A stretch of 64,000 nt of DNA from Moniliella sp. 'wahieum' (Eukaryota): assembly GCA_003971905.1 (NCBI GenBank), contig RSEE01000022.1, positions 558,001-622,000 of the forward strand. Reading direction: 5' to 3'. Below the pieces are notes generated by a model, which did no database searches, was not told the origin of the DNA, and was given only the letters and a program-made list of their open reading frames with translations. The position numbers and the translations under genes are program-made. Each line of letters opens with the position of its first letter. The first letter of the stretch is position 1. This document shows positions 37,101 through 48,400 of the stretch, one piece after another.

Positions 37101-38709
37101 TCTTCCCGAGTGGGGGCAAGCATCCGGGAGCGGGCTCGGAGCGTAACCGAGGAAGGAGGGCACGAGGCGCCCAAAGTGCCGACTGAAGAGACGGCCTATC
37201 CAAGCTCCACCTTGGTCCCATCTCGGTCCCACTTGCCAACCACGCCCATAATCGCCTTGGCCAACCGCCTCCCTGGATCTCCTAACAACCAACATTCCTC
37301 GCCTGGTTCGCAGCACCGCCTGTCCCCCATTGCACCCCTACCATCCTCTTCCCGCGACACCGATCTTAGTTTCGTGGCCGAGCCGTGTGCCCGAGGTGGG
37401 CACGTCGGTGCTGCGGCCAGAGATGAGAGCGGTAGGGGACGCCCTGCAACCGTTTCCCGTACGTTCCTCGCTCGGATCGGTACCCAGCACCGCACGACGA
37501 GGTACGCGGGACAACCGGACCATGGTAGAACATTGTACCACCCTCAGTCCATCTACCGCCGTTCCACACCCCATCACTTCTTTGTCTCACTTGTCCTCTT
37601 CTCACCCCTCTTCCTCCCACCCTCTCCCCCTGGCCCCACTCAGCACCCAAACCTCCCCTCCTCGTCCTTTGTCCTCCCCCGCCCACGCTCCATGGAAACT
37701 TACCACTCCCACTAAATCTTTATCCCTTCTCTTCCCCGCGCCGCGGCCGGCACAGCGCACTGCCCCTCTGCCTTCTCGCCCGCTTCCTGCGTCCCACCCC
37801 GTCCCATCCCCGACCTTCCTTCTGCGCATCCCGATCGCACTAGTCTCTCCTTCTTCCCCTCCGCCCGTCTCACCGGACCCTCCTTCCCCTGCCCCTGTCT
37901 CACCCGACCCTCTTTCCCCTGCCCCCATCTCACCGCAGCCTCCCTCCCCGCCCCGCACCTCTTCCCCCTCACCTTCCGCTCCCCCACACCCACCCAGTCC
38001 ATCCGATCCACCCCACGCATCTGACCCACCCAACCTATCCGACCCACCTAATCCATCCCACCCACATGCCCCCACCGCGTTCCTCACCCCCTTGGCCGCG
38101 TCGCGCTGGTCGCCCGTTGTGCCGCCCGCGCTGCTGCGCACGAGCCAGTCGCCCTTTCGCCCGCCAATTCCTACCCTACCAGCGCGGGACTGGAGCTTGC
38201 TCCGTGCTTCGTCTCGCTCACGCCAAGCTTTGTCAGCTCCTGCTACTCCTTCTCCTCGTCTTCCTCCTCCTTCTCTTTCTCCTCTTCCTCGTCCTCGTTC
38301 ACGCTCCCCAGTGTCGCCGCAGCTTGGTACCGCCGCCTGGCCCAGCGCCACGCGGGAAGCTACGGCGACCAGTACGTCCGCGTCGGTCTCGTCGGTCGCG
38401 TCAGCGTCTGTCCCGCTCCCAGTGCCGGTCTCTCAGTCGGGGTCTTCGCAGGGTTCATCTTCTTCTTCTTCTTCCTCTTCTTCTTCTTGGGTGGGCTCCC
38501 ACCGACAGGCTCATCGGTCCCACCCGACACTTGCTACCTTCGTTGGCCCCGAGCACGCGCGCGAGGTTCCCCACGCCTCTTCTTCTTCCTCCTCTTCCTC
38601 TTCGTCCTCGTCGTTTCGCACCGCCTCGCCTGCTCCCACATCCGCGCCCATGCCTATTCCTGCGCCTGTGCCTGCCCCTGCGCCTGCGCTCATGCCTACG
38701 CGGGAGTAG
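34177..38709 (+). CDS. Large hypothetical Pro/Ser-rich protein (may be one frameshifted gene or two genes)
   Basis: A chain of overlapping + ORFs runs from ATG 34177 to stop 38709. There is a clear intron at 36919-37005 (GTACGT..CTGAC..TTTTCACAG), a more globular segment at about 35480-36395, and a Pro/Ser-rich C-terminus. Confidence 0.5.
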
Positions 38710-39106
38710 CCCTCGGCCCAGGTCATCAGGTATGACAAACTAAGGCGTCCGAGGAGTGTACTGGGTAGGCGCGTGTGCGGGCTAGCATACGAGGTACGAA
38801 GGGCAGGCAAGGTAAGACAAGACAAGACAAAACAAGGCAAAAGGCAAGGCAGGCCGCTAATGGTGCTATATATACAGTAGGAGGAGAGGATATGCATATG
38901 TATGGGTTTTGCCAACGGGTTTGGCTGGGCTGGGTTTGGCTTCAATGCTTGGTTGTGGGTAAGATGGGGAAACAGCAGTGGGGGATGGATCAAACTGGCC
39001 TGCACGGTCCCAGCGCACTCTGTCGTGAAGCTTCAAGGTCCGTCCGGGCCAATGCACGGCGAAGAACGGGGACGCCAGAGCAGAGGGAGGGACCAGAGCA
39101 GGGCCA

Positions 39107-39168
39107 AACAGAACAGAACACAGAACAGAACAGAACAGAACAGAACAGAACAACAGAACAGCAGAACA
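39107..39168. repeat. Imperfect (CAGAA)n microsatellite between convergent genes
   Basis: Read directly. A related (AGACA)n run lies at about 38815-38835. Confidence 0.85.
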
Positions 39169-39360
39169 TAATGCAAGGTATAAGAAACAATGGTAGGGAT
39201 GCCAACCTTGGCCGATCAGAAGGATGCTGGACACGAAGACAAACAAAACAGAGAGCATATGAGAATGAGCAGAGACGAAGCCAAAAACGAGGCTGGTGCG
39301 GGCCAAGGCTTGCGCGCGCGCGGGCAGAGGGGAAGGTAGAGGGGGGATCATCGATCCCTA

Positions 39361-40711
39361 TCACGGTGCAGGAGCAGGCGGGAGGAAGAGGGGACGTTTA
39401 GCTTGCCAGTCCGCCGTTCGGTCGGGGCAAGCGACGAGGAGGCGATCGAGTAAGCGCAGTCCGGCTGCGCGGCACGCCGCTTCTTCCTCGGGCTTCAAGA
39501 CGGGGTAGATAGGGGGAGGTATACCCTCCCCGCCCGGGCGCAGCTGCGCTTCCAAACTGTCACCCGCCATTCGAGCGCGGCCGAAACCCCGTGCCCGCCC
39601 ATGTCGGCATCGGGCGATAAGAGCAAGTCTTCTTCGCTCGGGCTCAGGCTGGTGGCAAATGCGTCCAGTTGTCGACGGACGTGCGGGGCAAGGTGTGCTG
39701 GTGCTGGTGCTGGTGCTGGTGCTGGTGCTGATGCTGGCTGTTGGTCTCGGGCCATGAGTACTTTGCGCGTCTCCTCTTCCAGCAGGGCAAACACGTTGCG
39801 CAAGTGAGCCCAGCAGGCAGCATTGTCCATCGTGACGGCAATTTTGTTTTTGGTGAATGTGATTTCTTTGGCGACGCAGCTCAGCGCGGCGGAGGAGCCA
39901 GGAGGCGCACGTGCCAAACCGGTGCGGAACAGGACAAAAAAGCGATGGTCCCACGCTAGCGGACTGAACTGGTGCGCCAACGTCATGCCGTCTAGCCCGG
40001 CACGTTCGCCGTCCCACAGTTGACACGACACGTGGGCTTGTGCCTGGGCCACACGCGGATCTTGCTCGTCCGGTACCAGCGCGGACGAAGTGGAGGGCGA
40101 GAGGGAAGCACTGGGCGTGGCAAGTGCCATGCCCGAACAGGGGAGACCAGCAAAGTGGATCAGACACCATTGGCGGTACGTCCAGACCTGGACGCTGGTA
40201 TCGTGCTGCCGGAGCAGCTGGGTAGTAAAGTCGAGTTGGCGCTGGGCCAGTTGGAGCCAGAGCGAGCGGGCCAAGGACGGATCGGGCGCAAGAAGCAAGC
40301 GGGTAGAGAGTTCAGAAACAATAAAGCGGCGGTGGTGCCAGAGGTAGTAGAGGTCCGGGTGCTGGCGACACGCGCGGTCGACCAAGTCGAGTTCGGCACG
40401 TAAGCGTGTCTCGACGGCCGACGGCACAGGGAGGTGGAGGAAAGGGTCGCTGTCGGCGCCGGGAGGGGGGGGGAGGAGGTGAGAGGCACAGAGCAAGCGG
40501 GCACGGTACGTCCACACGCGCTCATCGGCACTGGGGCGGCGAGGGCGAGGTGGCGGGTAAGCGCGAGGGCGCGGACGCTGAGCTCGCGCTGGACCAGGAG
40601 CGCGCGGAGGAGGGCGAGCGGGACGGGGTCGGCGGGGGCGGACGCGGGGAGGAGGCCGGCCCAGGTGGGACTGGCGGGATCGGGGGGGGGCGAGGCGAGG
40701 CGGGGGGACAT
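39361..40711 (-). CDS. Protein prenyltransferase alpha subunit, RAM2/FNTA-like, divergent
   Basis: RELSVRALALT followed by PPTA repeats VWTYRARLL, ELDLVD..LWHHRRFIV, QLDFT..VWTYRQWCL, WDGE..AWDHRFFVL and KEITFTKNKI..ACWAHLRNV. C-terminus LLDRLLVACPDRTADW after a frameshift. Confidence 0.85.
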
Positions 40712-41511
40712 GGTGAGTGGGGCGAAGCGGCGGGCAGCGAGCCAGGGAGCCGAGCCAGGCGCGCTGCCAGCGCTCGCGGGGTATAAATAACAGCGGACGC
40801 GGCAGCTGTTTTCTCCGCGCGGCGCGAGTGCTGGGGTCTGCGGCGCCCCGCGCAGCACTGCCCCCGTGCGCAGCTGCCCCGCCGATCAGCACGGCAGATG
40901 ACGTCACGCGGTGGTGCGCTGCCTCAGCACAGCGTGGCGGTACGCGCTAGTACGCGCTAGTACGCAGCCGCAGCACAATGGCTGGTGCTACGTATCCCCA
41001 CGCGCCTTCTCCGGCCTGCGTCTCGATCGCCGCCTCAGCCAGCCAGCGCGACCACAACCACAACCACAACCACCGCCCGCCTGCCTGTGCCCCGCGCTGT
41101 CCCATTCCCAGCCCAGCCCACGCCCCACCTCTCCACGTGCTGCCCCACGGCGTCTCATCCCACTCGTAGTATTGCACCCACTCGTCGCCTCTTTCCTTTC
41201 CCCCTGTTCCCTTTTTCCGCCCCCTTTTTCCTCCCCCCTATTTCCTCCCCCTTTTCCTTCCCCTGCTCTCCGCTCGCCTCCACCATCCCGTCTGCATCAT
41301 CCATCCTAGCATCCATCACCCCCCAGCAAACCACACAACGCACGTCCATAGCCGGTACACACCCTCATCGCATCGCCATTCGTAGTTGGCGCGTTGGCTC
41401 CCAGTAGGCGCGTCTCTTTTTATTTCTGCACCCGCGGGGGTGGGGGGAGGGCACTGCAGCTGTTGACATGCGAGCACGCGGTCCCTTTTTTGTCCCAGAG
41501 AGCACCTGCGC

Positions 41512-42744
41512 TCAGCCGGAGCCCTTCTTCTTGCCTTCGCTGTACTTGCCCATCTTGGCCCACACATACCGACCCGACCGTCCCAGGCCGGCAGTATAGA
41601 TGCCCTTGATCGATTGTGCCCACGCCGGTTGACGCACAATCGCCCCGATCTGCCGGCGCAGTAACCTGTCCACCTGCGGGTCCGTCACCACCCGGTGCCA
41701 AAACGCTGCTGGCGCCGGCAGCGACGGTGCGCCATAGTGCGCTGCGATGCGAACGGCCAAGTGGCGTGGTAAGAGCGCGGCTAGGCGGGCACGCACGTCA
41801 GGGTTGTCATCTTGTTCCCACAGCTCGGACCCTGCCCCGCTCTCTGCCGGTCCTACTGCTTGCACCACCTGTCCCACGCCCGGTGCGATCTGGGCCAGCA
41901 AGGGCGCATACATGGCCACCAACTCGTCTCGTTGGCCCTGCACAATGTTGCGAACTTTGTTTGCGTTCTCCCCGCCCGGCACGTCCATTCGCCAGTCGCC
42001 CGTGTAAGATAAGCCGACAATCGATGCCAACAGCGTGTCGAGCGTAAATCGCGGTGGAAGCAGTAACAGTGCGGCGCGCACAGCGCTCCTCAAATTGGCC
42101 ACTTGCGCCACATCCACCGAGTAGCTCGGTACGATCGTCGCTACGGGCTTGTGCATCCGGCCCGACACATACAGCGTCGTCCATTCGCGTAGATCGGCAA
42201 TCAGGCCGTCGAGGGAAATCACACCGTACTTGGCTTCGGTCCCGGCAAGCCGGACGTAGGGGTGGTACCATACCCCTGCCCCGGCGCGCTGCACCGAAGC
42301 CAGGACAGAGCGCGGACTCCACCGCGCCAAGGTACTGTAGTCTTGTGGCCGGAATTGCATCATAGATCGGTGCCAAGCAACGGGATCGCGCACGGCCAAC
42401 ACGAGATCTACCATCTTGCCCTTCGTATCGGCCCCGGTCGCACTTTGCGCAAACACACCCGACCCATACGCCATCGCAAATGCCGGCTGCAACTCGCCCG
42501 GTGCCAGTGCGTCGACCATGGCGCGCAAGTGGGCGTGGGTGTCCTGGGCGCCGCTGGAGCGGGTCGGGACGCAGGTGCTCAGAGCACGTAGCGGGCTTAT
42601 TGGCAGGACGAAGGGTGGCGGCGTAGGTGCCGGAGCAGCGAGAGGGGATAGGGATAGGGATAGGGATGGGGACAAGGACGAGGACGCGCGCATGGTGGGA
42701 AGAAGTGGCGTAGCAGGCAGAGCCGGAAGGTTGGGTACGCGCAT
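41512..42744 (-). CDS. TAM41: Mitochondrial phosphatidate cytidylyltransferase (CDP-DAG synthase)
   Basis: Intact ORF with AMAYGSGVFAQ, KMVDLVLAV, KYGVIS, LYVSGRMHKPV, NLRSA, GLSYTGD, GENANKVRNIV and QSIKGIYTAG. Confidence 0.95.
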   Translation of the reverse strand: MRVPNLPALPATPLLPTMRASSSLSPSLSLSLSPLAAPAPTPPPFVLPISPLRALSTCVPTRSSGAQDTHAHLRAMVDALAPGELQPAFAMAYGSGVFAQSATGADTKGKMVDLVLAVRDPVAWHRSMMQFRPQDYSTLARWSPRSVLASVQRAGAGVWYHPYVRLAGTEAKYGVISLDGLIADLREWTTLYVSGRMHKPVATIVPSYSVDVAQVANLRSAVRAALLLLPPRFTLDTLLASIVGLSYTGDWRMDVPGGENANKVRNIVQGQRDELVAMYAPLLAQIAPGVGQVVQAVGPAESGAGSELWEQDDNPDVRARLAALLPRHLAVRIAAHYGAPSLPAPAAFWHRVVTDPQVDRLLRRQIGAIVRQPAWAQSIKGIYTAGLGRSGRYVWAKMGKYSEGKKKGSG

Positions 42745-45418
42745 GCGAGCCAGCGTGCGAGATCGAGAGACACGACAAAGACAGAGACCGAGACGAAGAT
42801 GAAGACGAAGACGCAGACGAAGACGCAGACACAGTCACCGAGACGGAGGCCCAGGCGGAGGCGGAGGAACTGTCCGGGGGTCGGATGGCGACGCACTGCA
42901 CCGCACCACGGCACCATGGCTCCTTGGCCTGCCGTCTGCCCAGGTGGCTGCGCCGGGAAGATTTCAATGGGTCTGATCGATCTGATCCCGTGCCGTGGGC
43001 TGAACATTCAAGCTTCAAGTTGAATTCAATGCGTGTTCCGTCCGGCTGACCAAGCAGAAACCGACAGGCCCAGGTGACGTCACGTCACGCGTGTCACGAC
43101 ATGCAGGCCACTGCATTGCACTTTGAACATTTCCACTCGACACATCGTCGCGTGAGCGTGGTGTGTGACATGTGACATGGGATGCGTGGGATGGGCAGTG
43201 GGCAGCGCATGGTGGATGATGTCGATGATGGATGATGCAGATGGATGATGGATGCGATGGCTGATGCGGCCTGCGCTGAAAAAAAAATATAAACGGCAGT
43301 GCTTGCTTGGCGCCGGGCGCAGGCGGGTGCGGGGGCAGACTGCAGTGGCGCGCCGGCCTGCGCCGCTCGGCGGCAGGGTGCGATGCGCGCGATGCATGAT
43401 GCGTCCTACCAGTCTGAGTACTCAGTAGTAGTACGCCTGTCCCACATGTGCTGCGTCCTGGCGGTGCCGGTGAGCTCAGAAGACGCTCCGGCTCAGGCTG
43501 CTCAGCGCTGGGACTGGCGGTCCTGGCGCCGACGACACCCTGGCTGCGTGCGTTGCCGTCGATAGTCGATACATGAAGCGCGTCTCAGTGGTGCGGCGGT
43601 GAGGCCGAGGCCTGAGGATGGGTACCTCAGTACTGAGTACCCCGTGAGCTGCGTGAGATGCCGTGACATGACTGACAGCCAGCCAGCAAACCACACGCCC
43701 AAGCCTAGCCAAATTCCAGCCCAGCCGCCGCTCCTCCGCCCCGAGCTCAGCCGCCCGTGTTTTCTTTTTCCGTCTTCCCGCCCTGCAGCCTCTGCGGTGG
43801 CCGCGTCACCCGTTGCCACCCCATCCCTTTCTTCTCTTCTCTCCTCTCGTCTCCTCTTCCCCCCCCCCTCACCGCCATCTCCGTCTCCGCCTTGCCCGGG
43901 GTCGCCCTCCCCTCCCCTCCCCTCTCACTATTCTGTGTGGATCAGTGTGTGTGGCGTACTCAGGTTGTCCATGTGGCGTTTACTACGCCCCCGCTGACCA
44001 TGCGTCGCACCACTTTCCTTGTCCGCCTTACGCCACCAGTTCCATTTCTAGCAGCAGCAACATCCCCACGCCTTGCATCGGACACGCTGGCGCACATGAC
44101 GACCCTCTGCCTTTTGGCAATGCGAGCTGTTGTCTCACGCTCCCGTCTTCGTCTTCGTCCTTGTTTTCGTCTGCCTGGCCGGACTGAGCTACATGCGGGC
44201 GAATGGGAAGGAGCGTATGCCGGCTCATGTCGACGTTGCTTGCCTCATTTTTTTTCTTTTCTTTTTCTCTTTTGATCCACACGTCTTTCCTCTGCCCGCC
44301 CGTTGGAAACGCAAGCAGAAGTCCGTTCCACCTACCAGCAGGTCGGGCCTTTTCTGTTGCCTGCATACGACGCTTGTAGGTGCAGGGCCACCAGGTGCAT
44401 CCCGCCCCTCAAAGCCGACACCTTGTTTGGTCCCTATCCGTTCTTTACCGCCCGCACTCCCGTTTTCCTGCAGTTGGATCCGGTTCGACGCAATGGTCGA
44501 GCATTTGGCGCAGTTGCGTCCGACGCATCCAAGCAGGACGCTGGTGATGCTTGCGTCGCACCTTTTTCCTACGCCATCGTTGCCCCGCGCTGGTGTGGTC
44601 TACGACGCTCACCTACCTCTCTCCTTGGACGTAGCCCCGCCTGGTCTGGCAAGCCCAGGACGAGCGGCGGAGGGGCGGAAGAGGGGGCAGCAGAGACGGA
44701 ACCGTTCAATTTGAACTGCAAGATGCGGCTCTGCCATGGTCTGGCGGTGCACGCCAACTCGGGGTGCTGGTGAGGCGGTGCTGGTGCCTGTATGTACTAC
44801 TCCCTTCTGTGCTGCGTGCTCACGGATGTGTTCTGACGGTTTGCGGATGGGGGATGAGGGATGGGGCATGGGAGATGGACGGGGGAGGGTGATCGTCTTG
44901 ACGGGAGCAAAGGAGGCGGGATGCCAGGCCAGGAAGAGGAATGGCTGCGCGGCAGGCAGGATGGCAGGCGGCACGGTTGGACCAACACCACCCAACTTTT
45001 ACCTGCTTGGCTTTCTGTGCGGGGGCAGGGGCGGAAGTGGGAGGGCGGAATGGGCAGGCGATGACATAAGCGGGGCCGCGCGCCTGCCAGCGTGGCTGCG
45101 CAGCGGGGCGGCGGGCGAGTGTGGGTGGGCAGTGGCGCGGTGCGGGTGCGGGCGCTGTGCTGTGCTGGGCGGGGACGGGGTGGGCTGGATGCCCAGGCTG
45201 CTGCCTGGATGCCCCTGTCTGCTGCTTGTCCGCATCCGCCGCCGCGCCCTCGCCCTCTCCCGCGCCCTCGCCCCCGCCCTCGCCCTCGCCACCGCGCCGC
45301 CGCCCCCTCGCCCGCGCCCCCGCCCCTGCTGCTGCTGCTGCCCGCCGCCGCCCCCCCCGCCGCTGCCGCTGCTGCCCCCTCCGCGTCCACGCCTGGCGTC
45401 GCTCGGGCGTGCCCCGGC

Positions 45419-48400
45419 ATGGCCCCCGCGACACAATGGCACCCGCTCGTCCCGCTTTCGCAAGCTGGCCAACAAGGAGAAGCGTACGTCCCTCCCCTCC
45501 TCCCCACCCGCCCCGCACGCGCCAGTGTCCGCCCGCTGCCCTCGTGGCAACCGCCCCAACCGCAGCGTGCACTGGTCTGGTGTGCCTGCCACGTGACTCG
45601 ACGCCCTTGACCAGTGATCACCACCGGTGATCCATGCCCCTCCCCCCGGCCGCTGCAGGCCATCGCACCTCTCGCGGGCTGGCCGCGCGAGGGGCGCCGG
45701 TCGGGCGCCGCCGCGGCGGCTGGACGCCTGGCGCGACGTGCTGGCGCTGCTCATGCTGCTCGTCCTCGTGCTGACTCTTCTCTTCCCCAGTCATTATCCA
45801 CCGTGGCGACCTCGACGACGATGCCGACGATGCGATTCTCACCAATGGTCCGGAGCTCGAGTTGGAGCCCAAGGAAACCAAGGAACCCGAGCATGGCGTC
45901 GATAAGCGTCTTGGTGTCGACCCGCGCCGAGATTCATGTGCGTATCCTTGCTTCCCCCACCCCCTCTCCCGCCTTCCCCATCCTCTGTTCTGACCCGCTT
46001 CCTCTGCAGGAACATCATCTCCAAGCCGCCCTCCTCTCAGCAGGCAGTGAGTGGCGCACCCGACGCACCCTCCAAACCCCACTACCACATCCCCACCCCC
46101 GAGACCAAGAGTGTCCTTTCCGATGTCCAGTTCCGCAAGCTCTATGACCCACGTGCATTTCAGGACCCGTATGGGTACATCAAGTCCTCCACCACTGTCG
46201 AAGAAAGCGTTGCCGGGCCCACCTACTGCCTCGATGAAGACGACCAGGACTGGCTGACCAAACACAATGCTGATGCGGACAAGGCCGCGTTGAAATTCAG
46301 CTCCCAAGGCGCCTCCTCCTCTACCTCCTCTTCCGCACCCCCTCGCGCCAATGGGTCGTCGTCCAAGGCGGCTCGTACCAAGGCCCCTGCCTCGAATCGA
46401 ATGAACGGGGCTGCGTCCGATTCACGCTCCAAGCTGTGGGAAGCTCACCCCGAATGTCGTCCAATTGGGGTGGACGAGTTTGAGATGGTCATGACTGTGT
46501 TGGAGCAATACGTCACTGACAAGCAGCCATTCCTTCATCTCGACCCGAGCAACCTGCCTGAACTGGACGAGGTGCAAACGTACTTTGACCCCGACTCTCC
46601 CTTGGCCGCCTTGGCCGAACCCTTACTGCCTCCCTGTCCTTGGGAAGCAGACGACCCCACCCACCCCACCAAGCAGGACGGTGGGACGTACACAACCCCT
46701 ATCGCAACTTGGCTGCCCTCAAGCCGGTTGCCGCGCTGATCTATCCTTGGTGGGCCTTGCGCCGGCACGACCGCCAAGGCAAGTCCATCGTGCCCCAGCT
46801 CAACAGCGACGAGTCGAACGACTGGGACCCTTATGTCTGTTTCCGCCGACGAGAGGTGAAGGTTCAACGCAAGACGCGCAAATCGGATGCGCTGCATCTC
46901 CAGCGCTTGGCGCGCCTGTCGAACGAGCTGGACCAAGCGTGCCATTTGGCGCAGATGGTAGCCACGCGGGAACACGTCAAACGCGCTTTGGCCCTCGAGA
47001 CCCAAACCCACTGGACGGGCGCAACACAGCTGCTCCAGCTCAAGCGGCAGTGGCACGTTACGGGTGGCAAGAATGGTGTCGAGGACGATCAGCTGATCTT
47101 TGGTCCACGCAAAGACGAGTCGGCTGCCGAGGAGGCGCGTCGCAAGCGCCGCAAGGTCGACGAAGCGGCGCGCGACCCGGCCGTTCCCCAACCCGGTCCC
47201 CTGGGCATTCGTCTTGCTCGTCGCAAACCCGACGACCCAGCTACGGGCGTCGCTGCGGTGACCAAGCCGCCTCGTCCCACGGCTGGTGCGCCAGCTACGG
47301 CTGGGTACAGCCAAGCCATCACGCACCGCGTCGAGGCGGTGCAGAATTTGATCCGGCGCGAATGCCAGCGGAAAAAGTTGGAGGATCGATGGTTCGAAGA
47401 CGTTACCGATTCGGGTCTGTACCCTTCGCCCGTACCTGCCTCGGCTCGCGCGTTCCGCCAATTGCAAGCGGAGATCGAATGGCCCCGTGGTGGGGCCGAA
47501 CCGCCGTCTTCGTCGCTTTCCCACTTCGAAGCCGCTCGGTCCGGACGCCCTCCGAGCTTCCGTCGTCGTGTGGGGCGAGGTGGGCGGGTGGTCCTCGATC
47601 GCCAATTGCCTCGCCCGACCCCGGTGCCGGCACGGTTGATTGACTGGCCCAGCGTGCACAGTTTGTCCGAGGTGGGTCAGGTGGAACGGACGTTGGGGCA
47701 GTTGGTGCCGCCCACTTCGCCGCCTCTGTCGCCTTCCACATCTCTTTCGGCCACCCGTCGGCCGAGCGTAGAGAGCCACCTCTGTTGACTGGTCCGTTTG
47801 CGTTTGCGCCCGATGTGCAGCCAGTCCAATTACCTTCCGATCCGGATTTGAGCCTGGCCCCCACGGGACCTTTTGCCTCAGCGCCCTTCTCGCCCTTGCC
47901 GAGGGCGAGGCGGACCATGCGTCGCAGCCGGCCGCTCGGAGAGTGTACCGCCACGCTTCCGATGCCACTTCGACCTCGTCCGCCTCGAGCCTTGCGTCCA
48001 AGTTGTCCGCTGCCTCTGTCACCACGTTGCCGACCGATCCGGGTGCACCCATATCCTCCATCCTCTCTGTTGACACCCAGCCTGCGCCCGAGACGGGAGA
48101 CGATGCTGAGGAGGATGCCGAGACGATGGCTCTGGACCCGATTGAGGTCAAAGGTCATCGTCCTCTGCCTCTTGCGCTGGCTAAGATGGACAAGGATGCG
48201 CCCGTGGCCGCGCGGTACGAGGCGGACGAGGATAAGTGTGCGTTGTTGGACCCAGAGCTGGAAGCGGCTCGCTACGCCGACTTGTTTGAGCGATGGAGAT
48301 ACGACGCGGACGATGGTCGTTGGGCTGGGCTAGGCTTGGCTGGTGTCGGAGGTATGGAGGGCGACTCGGAAACGGTCGTGGACGACTTTGACGTACGCTT

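Noticed and set aside
31481..42744. Secondary-metabolite cluster (dioxygenase + prenyltransferase)
   Set aside because: The prenyltransferase is a protein-prenylation alpha subunit, not an aromatic prenyltransferase, and there is no backbone synthase.
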